54,154 nt of DNA. Origin: Nitrososphaerota archaeon. Lineage in GTDB: Archaea; Thermoproteota; Nitrososphaeria; Nitrososphaerales; Nitrosopumilaceae. Shown here piece after piece: positions 44,431 to 51,519 of the stretch. A program made the position numbers and the translations under genes. Position 1 is the first letter of the stretch. Every line of letters begins with the position of its first letter. Below the pieces are notes generated by a model. The model saw only the letters and a program-made list of their open reading frames with translations, searched no databases and was not told the origin of the DNA. The stretch is taken from assembly GCA_016871975.1 (NCBI GenBank), contig VHBM01000001.1, forward strand, positions 1 to 54,154. Direction: 5' to 3'.

Positions 44431-44787
44431 TTAGCTTCCAAGCATTTTTCCAGCCAGATTTTCTTTTCGAGGTATCCATGTTAATTTTATTTTAGGAAGT
44501 TTTGCAATTAACTCCCATGCTTCCCTTGCTAGACTTCGCAGCTGATCATTGTTTATTGCATTTTCGTGATTTAGTTGTGCAATCGTATTTTTGGAGTCAC
44601 TATAGACAACAATCTCATCATCTTTGGATTTTACAAATTTTAGTGAGGCTATTATTGCAAGATATTCTGCTTGATTATTTGTGATGTTTGGCTTCTTTTC
44701 ATAAAATGATTCACCTGTCTCTTTAACATAAAAGCCATATCCAGAATTATTCCCCCCTGAACCATCTACATAAATGCTAATTGACAT
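44431..44787 (-). CDS. rnhA: Ribonuclease HI (type 1), minimal form
   Basis: IYVDGSG (Asp1), NNQAEYLAII (Glu) and VVYSDSK (Asp2). Only 118 aa, with no basic protrusion. Confidence 0.8.
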   Translation of the reverse strand: MSISIYVDGSGGNNSGYGFYVKETGESFYEKKPNITNNQAEYLAIIASLKFVKSKDDEIVVYSDSKNTIAQLNHENAINNDQLRSLAREAWELIAKLPKIKLTWIPRKENLAGKMLGS

Positions 44788-44799
44788 GAAAAGATGTCT

Positions 44800-45552
44800 T
44801 TAGATACCAAACAAATTGTTTACTATTGCTATTTCATATAGAATGTTTGTGCCAATAAGTAAACTTGCAAATCCAGCAATGTACCTAAGAGCTTTGTTTG
44901 CAGATTCGATCTTGTTTATAAACGCAAAAGGAAGTCCGATTAGTCCACTTACCATCACCATTCCAATTACAGACCCAATACCAAATATCAAAATGAAGCT
45001 TAAAGTTGTCTCAATGTTACCAAGTGTACTAGCAGTCAATACAACTAGACTTCCACTTCCAGCTAATCCGTGAATGCAACCTATAAGGTAGGATTTGTGT
45101 GAATGTTTGTGGTCACTATCGTGTTCATGTGGATGAGTATGAATCGTACCGTCGTCATGGGTGTGAGTGTGTAAGTGTTTTAGCGTAAACAGTTTTTTGT
45201 TGCTAAATGTTGTAAATGCAAGAAAAACCAGCATTATTCCAACAATAAATTCAAAACTCATGAAAACATTTTGTGGAATGTTTATTGCCAAAAGATAGAC
45301 AGCAAGCCCCATTAGTACAAGTGTTGTTGTATGACCTGCACCCCACATAGCACCAAGAAATGACGACTTGAATGTACCTTCTGTAATTATTTTCCTGACT
45401 GATTGCAGTTTGTATCGTCGTTTTGAGATCTGAGTACTTACTGCTGCTACATGATCTGGCTCAAATGCGTGTTGTAAACCTATAGCAAGACCCAATGTCA
45501 AAACTAGTGCTGGAGTCATTGCCTGTAATTGTTCAATAATTTGTTCTACCAA
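44800..45552 (-). CDS. NicO/NiCoT-like nickel/cobalt transporter (UreH/RcnA-like) with His-rich loop
   Basis: Six predicted TM helices. TM motif LQHAFEPDHVAAV (H-x4-DH signature), WGAGHTTTLV, and a central loop HLHTHTHDDGTIHTHPHEHDSDHKHSH. The TTG start lies 1 nt after the upstream stop. Confidence 0.7.
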   Translation of the reverse strand: MVEQIIEQLQAMTPALVLTLGLAIGLQHAFEPDHVAAVSTQISKRRYKLQSVRKIITEGTFKSSFLGAMWGAGHTTTLVLMGLAVYLLAINIPQNVFMSFEFIVGIMLVFLAFTTFSNKKLFTLKHLHTHTHDDGTIHTHPHEHDSDHKHSHKSYLIGCIHGLAGSGSLVVLTASTLGNIETTLSFILIFGIGSVIGMVMVSGLIGLPFAFINKIESANKALRYIAGFASLLIGTNILYEIAIVNNLFGI

Positions 45553-45553
45553 T

Positions 45554-45955
45554 TTACGCCTGTTTTCTAGTATTTGGTATCAAGATATAATCACTAGTTG
45601 GTATTGGTTCATCAAGTGTTATGGTCACTGTTGGATTATTGTCAAGTGTTACATCAAAGTTTAACTTTCTTATTGATTCTGGAACTCCAATCATTACTTT
45701 ATCCTGAGATAGAATTTTTCTTGTGTTTTCCTTTATTGATTCAACTGATTTTTCATCACGTAATTCACTAATAACATAGGCACAATACACAAGAATCGCC
45801 TCATTTAGATTAATTCTTAGATTTTTTGAAAGTCGTTGCTTGACTAGCTCAATTGAAGAAAAAAAGACATTTTCTGAATCAGAATCATACTGGAATATTT
45901 TAGTTATGGGCTGTACATCTGGCTCGCCATGTATGATTACTTTAACATGAATCAT
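45554..45955 (-). CDS. Urease gamma-subunit-like protein (orphan, no other urease genes nearby)
   Basis: Residues ~38-118 (KQRLSKNLRINLNEAILVYCAYVISELRDEKSVESIKENTRKILSQDKVMIGVPESIRKLNFDVTL...TITLDEPI) align almost without gaps to Klebsiella UreA as I recall it ([66 protein letters not shown]...VTVHNPI). Identity is roughly one third. The start overlaps the ureohydrolase stop as ATGA. Confidence 0.55.
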   Translation of the reverse strand: MIHVKVIIHGEPDVQPITKIFQYDSDSENVFFSSIELVKQRLSKNLRINLNEAILVYCAYVISELRDEKSVESIKENTRKILSQDKVMIGVPESIRKLNFDVTLDNNPTVTITLDEPIPTSDYILIPNTRKQA

Positions 45956-47070
45956 TTTCTTTTTGGAATTTCTGATCGAGATTCTTTTCCAAAGTGATAT
46001 GTATTTCCTGTACCACGATACTTATGAGGTCGCACAGGACTACCATCCTTTTTGCCTTGTTTTGTAAGGGATAGTCCTGCTAAGAGCTCAACTATCAATC
46101 TCTGTCCAAGTCCTGATGTAATGCCACCATTGTATGAGCTTTGATCACTGACATCATATGTAGGAGATACTTCTACAAGATCCATTGCAAACTTATCAGG
46201 ATCAAATCCTACAGAAAATTGTCGCACCAATCTCATTCCCTCCCTTGAAGTAAGGCCGTTTGGCTCAGGTTCACCTGTACCTGGAGCATATGCAGGATCA
46301 AAAGAGTCAATATCCCATGTAAGATAGACAGCATCTGTTCCATCGTTTGCACGGTCAACTGCTTCTTTTGCTATAGTATCAATTCCCATCTCTTCAACAT
46401 CAAGCATTGTAAACCATTGAAAATCCTGGTCTGACATCCATTTGTAGAGGTCAGGCCCAGGCCAGTATCCTCTTGGACCAATTAGAGTATAGTTTTTGCC
46501 TTTTAGACATCCAAGTTCCATGACTCTTCGAATGTGTGCACCGTGGTCATATTTGAAGCCGCAAAGACCCTGTGGTGCGCAATCAGCGTGTGTGTCTAAG
46601 TGTATTATTCCAATATTTTTGTATTTTTTTGCAAATGCTCTAACATTTGCAAATGTGATTGAATGATCTCCTCCAAGCATTACAGGTATTCCATTTATGT
46701 CGAGTACTTCTTTGACCTTTTCTGTCATTCTTTTGTGTGATTCAATAACATCGCCTGGTGAAACATTCACATCACCATAATCAACTGCTCTGAAGACACC
46801 AAAAGGATCGGCACCAGTCTCTATGTTAAATCGCTCATATGGAGGAGCAGGTATTGTAGATGCCGCACGTATAGCTCTTGGTCCGTAACGGGCACCTGGA
46901 CGAATTGTTGTTCCAAAATCAAATGGTTCACCGATTATAGCTACATTTGGTTTTACCTTTTGAAGTTCTGCATGGCTTTGTACCCATGGCAGATGCAAAA
47001 ATGTGTTGATTCCAACAAATGGGGGTTGATCATTCCCTCTGTATGATTCACCGTAAAATTCCATTCCCAT
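45952..47070 (-). CDS. Arginase-fold ureohydrolase (agmatinase / guanidino-acid hydrolase / guanidine hydrolase family)
   Basis: All binuclear-metal ligands are present: GGDHS (H136), HLDTHAD (D159/H161/D163) and TWDIDSFDP (D253/D255). Also APGTGEPEPNGLTSRE and DLVEVSP. At 372 aa, with a ~40-aa basic C-terminal tail, it is longer than classical SpeB. Confidence 0.85.
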   Translation of the reverse strand: MGMEFYGESYRGNDQPPFVGINTFLHLPWVQSHAELQKVKPNVAIIGEPFDFGTTIRPGARYGPRAIRAASTIPAPPYERFNIETGADPFGVFRAVDYGDVNVSPGDVIESHKRMTEKVKEVLDINGIPVMLGGDHSITFANVRAFAKKYKNIGIIHLDTHADCAPQGLCGFKYDHGAHIRRVMELGCLKGKNYTLIGPRGYWPGPDLYKWMSDQDFQWFTMLDVEEMGIDTIAKEAVDRANDGTDAVYLTWDIDSFDPAYAPGTGEPEPNGLTSREGMRLVRQFSVGFDPDKFAMDLVEVSPTYDVSDQSSYNGGITSGLGQRLIVELLAGLSLTKQGKKDGSPVRPHKYRGTGNTYHFGKESRSEIPKRK

Positions 47071-47238
47071 TTTAATTCAAAATTATGATCTATGGTATGT
47101 TATTAAATATGTCTAGGTAAAGTACGATTTGTTTTTTCAAACGAAAATCAAATTTTTATTTAATTATTGTGTATGATCGCAAAAAATTGTCTGCAATGCA
47201 CGATCAATTATAAACAAAGTACATTATAATTAATTGAA

Positions 47239-48471
47239 ATGATCCTAGAGAATTCAAAAAATTCTTGGCATTATATCAATGAGGGAATCACATCTGTAAA
47301 CTATAACAATTTTAAGAAAGCACTTTCACGATTTGACAAAGCATTACAAATAGAACCTCATAATCTTGTTGCACAATTCCACAAAGGAGCAACACTTTGT
47401 AAACTAGAAAAATTCAGTGACGCCATGTCCTGTTTTGAGAAAGTAATAGAAAATGATCCAAAAGATATTGATGCGTTGTATAACAAAGGTCTAACGTTAT
47501 CAAAGATAGGAAAACATCAAGAAGCAGTTACGTACTTTGATAGGGTTTTAGAAATCGATCAAAATTATGCTGATGCGTTAACGCAAAAAGGTGCTACTCT
47601 AAGCAAGCTTGGAAACCACGAGGAGGCAATTGTCTGCCTCGATAAGGTACTAGAATCAAATTCAAAGAATTCAGGCGCCCTATACAACAAAAGTATAGTT
47701 TTAGGCAGGCTAGGGATGAACTCTGACTCTATTTTTTATTTAAACAAAGCAATTGAAGAAGATTCTAGAAAATCACAGGAGCTTTATGAAAAGGGTATTC
47801 AACTTGCAAAACAAGGCAAACATGAAGAAGCCATGTCATTTTATACAAAAGCTCTTGATGTAGACCCAAAGAATGTAAAGGCACTTGTATCAAAGGGGTG
47901 GACCCTTGATTTTGCTGGATTTTCAAATAAAGAAATTTTTGTATTTTTTGATAAGGCTTTAGAAATTGATCCAAAAAATATTGATGCATTACTCAACAAG
48001 GGTCTTGTTTATGATCGAACTGGTCTTTATGAAAAAGCAGTAGAATGTTTTGACAAGGTTTTAGAAATTGAGCCAAAAAATATACGTGCAATGTACAGCA
48101 AAGGCATTTCGCTTTATTCACTCAAAAAGTATGGTGCTGCAAAATTTTTTTGTGAAAAAGCAATAGAGATCGATCCAACAAACGTGGTGGCCTTATGTAG
48201 TATGGTTTGGCTTCTTGAACATCAGCAAAAATATGAGGAGGCACTTTCGTTCTGTGATAAAGCACTTGAGATTAATCCTACCTATGTTTACGCTCTAAGC
48301 TACAAAGGAAAATTGCTATTTTCGTTAGAAAAATTGGAAGAATCCCTGCAATGCTATAACAAGGCACTTGAACTTGAACCAAACAATGCAACCGCAATGT
48401 ATTATAGGAATAAGATAATCATCAAACTTGAAAAAATGAAGAAAAGATCCTTTTTTGGTAAATTTAAATAG
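47239..48471 (+). CDS. Tetratricopeptide-repeat protein (about 11 TPR units)
   Basis: Regular 34-aa repeats of the A..CFDK(A/V)LEI(D/E)P.N..AL.NKG type throughout. Confidence 0.85.
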   Translation: MILENSKNSWHYINEGITSVNYNNFKKALSRFDKALQIEPHNLVAQFHKGATLCKLEKFSDAMSCFEKVIENDPKDIDALYNKGLTLSKIGKHQEAVTYFDRVLEIDQNYADALTQKGATLSKLGNHEEAIVCLDKVLESNSKNSGALYNKSIVLGRLGMNSDSIFYLNKAIEEDSRKSQELYEKGIQLAKQGKHEEAMSFYTKALDVDPKNVKALVSKGWTLDFAGFSNKEIFVFFDKALEIDPKNIDALLNKGLVYDRTGLYEKAVECFDKVLEIEPKNIRAMYSKGISLYSLKKYGAAKFFCEKAIEIDPTNVVALCSMVWLLEHQQKYEEALSFCDKALEINPTYVYALSYKGKLLFSLEKLEESLQCYNKALELEPNNATAMYYRNKIIIKLEKMKKRSFFGKFK

Positions 48472-48476
48472 ATTTG

Positions 48477-50027
48477 TTAATGTGCTGCGCTTTTACTTGA
48501 TGCATCTTCACCAGAACTTGGTACAAAGTGTTTTAGATCTTCACCTGATATGAGATCTTCTTCTGGTGGAACATAGTCCCTTACATCATGTCGTGCTTTG
48601 CCAGGCCATTTCTTTTGTGTAGCTAATGCTACGCCAATAAATACTGCAAAGGATATTGGTGGTGGTATCATTGTGTCTAGTCCTGCCCATTCTATAGGCA
48701 TTGTAAAGAAGAATGCTAATCGTAGAGCGGAACCCACTAAAAGTGAAGCAATTGCAGCAGGCATGTTTGCCTTTCTCCAAAACAGCCCTAGTGTAAGCGG
48801 TGCAAATGCACCTGCAAATACGATATCAAATGCCAATATTAGATAGATGCCAGGTGCTGGTACGAAGTAGCCAAGAAGGAATCCTGCAACCATCATTGGT
48901 ATTATGACTGCTCTTGTAACCCATAACAGTTTTTTGTCTGTCCAAGGTTCTTTATGCAACCATCTTCGTCGAATGATTCTTTGGATCAGATTTCTTGAAA
49001 CAACACTAGAGATCGCCAACAATCCACCATTTGCTGTGGACATTGCAGCCCCAAGAACTCCCATCAAAAGAGCTGCGCCTATTACAAATGGCATATGATT
49101 GATAGCTAATTCAGGCATTGCAGTAAACGGATCTTCTAATCCTGGCAAAAAGTGTAATGCGATTATTCCCATCATACTTGTTGGAACTACAGTAAATATT
49201 GTAAGTGCACCTCCCCAGAAGGCTCCACGCTGTGCAGTTTTTGGATCTCTTGCTGCAAATACTCTTTCCATAAAGTCAAGTGCAACTATATCACCGAGAC
49301 CAAGTGCAAGTATGCCGGCCCAATTGATGAGGGCGCCCGATGCAATATCAGTTAGTCCTGACAGATCCATATATCCAGGTGGTGCACTGCCAAGTATGGT
49401 ATCAAATGGAACTCCTGCAAATCCGCCTGCAAAGAAGATAAACGCTGCCCAGAAAGCACCTATTGCAAGATAAATCTGGAATATGTCCGTGTAAGCAGAG
49501 GAGAAAAGTCCACCTGCAAAAGTATATGAAAGTACAACTAGAGCTGCAATAAGTACCCCCCAAAAGAAGTCAATGCCAAAAACTGTTTGTAGTATAAATC
49601 CACTTGCTGCAAAGTTTCCTGCCACAAGTACCGTAAAACTAATTATCATCAAAACGCCGGAAATTCCTTCTGCAGCATTACCAAACCTTCTAAAATAAAA
49701 GTCGGGCAAAGTAAACATGGTCATCTTGTTTAATGGTTTGCCGTAAAAGAAGCCAGTCAAAAGAAGGCATATTCCAAGGCCTATAGGAATTACAGCTCCT
49801 GCCCAAAACCCAAATTGATATACAAGAGCAGCATTACCTAACGATGAATTACCATCTATTGATTGTGCTGCAAGCATTGTGCCTACAAAAAACAAAGGTA
49901 GAGTCTTTCCAGCAACCATTAATCTTCGGCCACTTTTTTGAACCAGTTTGTAAGTCAGAGTTCCTACTACCAAAGAGGCTATCAGAAATCCAATTATTGC
50001 GATGCCAAAACCAGTAATCTCTGCCAT
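48477..50027 (-). CDS. Sodium:solute symporter family (SSF) transporter
   Basis: About 13 TM helices with SSF-like N-terminal architecture (VAGKTLP...GTMLAAQSIDGNSSLG) and a hydrophilic C-terminal tail. Substrate unknown. Confidence 0.75.
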   Translation of the reverse strand: MAEITGFGIAIIGFLIASLVVGTLTYKLVQKSGRRLMVAGKTLPLFFVGTMLAAQSIDGNSSLGNAALVYQFGFWAGAVIPIGLGICLLLTGFFYGKPLNKMTMFTLPDFYFRRFGNAAEGISGVLMIISFTVLVAGNFAASGFILQTVFGIDFFWGVLIAALVVLSYTFAGGLFSSAYTDIFQIYLAIGAFWAAFIFFAGGFAGVPFDTILGSAPPGYMDLSGLTDIASGALINWAGILALGLGDIVALDFMERVFAARDPKTAQRGAFWGGALTIFTVVPTSMMGIIALHFLPGLEDPFTAMPELAINHMPFVIGAALLMGVLGAAMSTANGGLLAISSVVSRNLIQRIIRRRWLHKEPWTDKKLLWVTRAVIIPMMVAGFLLGYFVPAPGIYLILAFDIVFAGAFAPLTLGLFWRKANMPAAIASLLVGSALRLAFFFTMPIEWAGLDTMIPPPISFAVFIGVALATQKKWPGKARHDVRDYVPPEEDLISGEDLKHFVPSSGEDASSKSAAH

Positions 50028-50321
50028 GTCCTAATTGGAAAGCGAGTGTGATTATTTAAGGATTAAATAATTAAAGTAAAGTACGTCTTCAAGAATAAAG
50101 GATAATGTGTAAAATACGTAGTTAATTAGTTGAATTAGTCGGTTGTGGCTTTTAATTCATGTTTTATAATAATGTTATTTTCATTTTAGAAATTAATCTA
50201 AATCATGTAATGTTCATTGAAAAAGTAATGCCATATACGAAAGAATTTGTCTGAAGTTCTAAAAGATTTCTTAGTTTACGAATTTTAAATTTTTATTAGT
50301 TTGTGAAATACCTTCTCTGCG

Positions 50322-50504
50322 ATGGCAAAGCAAGAAGCAGCAGCTGTTATTATAATCTTGTTAGGATTGGGTTTAACGCAGTTAGAAGGTGGCACAAATG
50401 CGTTCTATGTTGGAGCTGGATGGGGCACAATTGGAATAGCATGCTTATGGTTATGTGTCTTAATTTTCAAAGATTTAAAGAAAAAAGGTAAAAAGAAAAA
50501 ATAA
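50322..50504 (+). CDS. Small membrane protein with poly-Lys tail
   Basis: 60 aa with two hydrophobic helices (AAAVIIILLGLGL, WGTIGIACLWLCVLIF) and a KKKGKKKK terminus. Preferred over the overlapping alternative-frame ORF 50303..50491. Confidence 0.45.
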   Translation: MAKQEAAAVIIILLGLGLTQLEGGTNAFYVGAGWGTIGIACLWLCVLIFKDLKKKGKKKK

Positions 50505-50543
50505 TTTGCAAAAATTTTAAAGCGAGTCTTAAACTAGGAGATT

Positions 50544-51059
50544 ATGCCAAGCCAAGGTTATTCAACGATAGGACTCAAACCTTCAATTATAAGCGAACTT
50601 CAACGCATAACTGATCAGTACTACCCAGGTATGTTTTTGCCAAGTACACTAATAATTACAATGAATGAAATCAAGCGTGGATATTATACGCCAGAAATGC
50701 ACAACATAAAAGTCGATCTTTCAGGGCGCTATAATTCACTGACTATCAGATCCGATGTGAAAGAGTGGCTTGAGGAAAATTATAAAAATCTTTTTGATTT
50801 GTATGCAGAAAGATATGGAATTGAAAATTTCGCTCAATTTGTTAGCTATTTTATTATGAATCTATTTCAGTCAAAGATAAAGGCACAAGAACAGGTCATT
50901 AAACTAAAAGCCTCTGAATTCAAATGGCTAATTCAAGAATATAAAAAACGAAAAAAACAAAATGGATTAGATACCGCTACATTTGATCGATTTGCAGATG
51001 AGTTTTTAAGAGAACTACTTGAAAAAATAAATGAAGCAAAGAAAATTTTATCTACATAA
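50544..51059 (+). CDS. Hypothetical protein (possible N-terminal ribbon-helix-helix)
   Basis: 171-aa ORF with typical coding composition. STIGLKPSIISELQRI could be a beta-strand plus helix of an RHH fold. That is inference only. Confidence 0.4.
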   Translation: MPSQGYSTIGLKPSIISELQRITDQYYPGMFLPSTLIITMNEIKRGYYTPEMHNIKVDLSGRYNSLTIRSDVKEWLEENYKNLFDLYAERYGIENFAQFVSYFIMNLFQSKIKAQEQVIKLKASEFKWLIQEYKKRKKQNGLDTATFDRFADEFLRELLEKINEAKKILST

Positions 51060-51086
51060 AATAAAGTTTTTTATCAGTTAGTAAAT

Positions 51087-51347
51087 CTAAATTGGACTCA
51101 TTGTATCAAGTAATCTTGCGTTAGTTACTTGCCCTGTTTTTTCCTGAAATTCTAGGTCTACTGTGTATTTGAGATTGTTTTGTAAAAATCTAACCTGAAC
51201 ATCCCAACCTGTTCGTGGGCCTTTTTCAGGTAAAGGAAACGTTTCACTGACTTTAAAGTCTGACACATCACCATATAGAGCTTGAATGATTCTTTTCGAT
51301 TCTCTTTCGATGTCTTGTGATGTACTAACTTTAGTCATGATCATCAT
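51087..51347 (-). CDS. Hypothetical small protein
   Basis: 86-aa ORF predicted to be mostly beta (WDVQVRF, YTVDLEF, TGQVTNARL). No family recognised. Confidence 0.4.
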   Translation of the reverse strand: MMIMTKVSTSQDIERESKRIIQALYGDVSDFKVSETFPLPEKGPRTGWDVQVRFLQNNLKYTVDLEFQEKTGQVTNARLLDTMSPI

Positions 51348-51519
51348 TTAACTGATAATTATAAAAATATATTGAAAATGTTGTGGTAATTTACCAATTG
51401 AAAATTTTTGTTTCAATCAGTATGTAAAATTAAAAAAATTGTAGCTTCACTTTGAATTGATTTTGCTGATCGGATCACTTATGATAGATTTTAATAATTA
51501 TTGAAGATATAGACAGAGA

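Noticed and set aside
45554-45955. The 133-aa protein next to agmatinase as a SpeH-derived (pyruvoyl) arginine decarboxylase proenzyme
   Set aside because: Size and context would fit the crenarchaeal/thaumarchaeal ArgDC. However, there is no E-S-H self-cleavage motif or AdoMetDC-like sequence, and the alignment to urease gamma is much better.
50303-50491. Alternative-frame 62-aa ORF overlapping 50322..50504
   Set aside because: Its translation is Cys/Arg/Trp-rich and not membrane- or globular-like. The overlapping frame gives a coherent two-TM peptide with a Lys tail.
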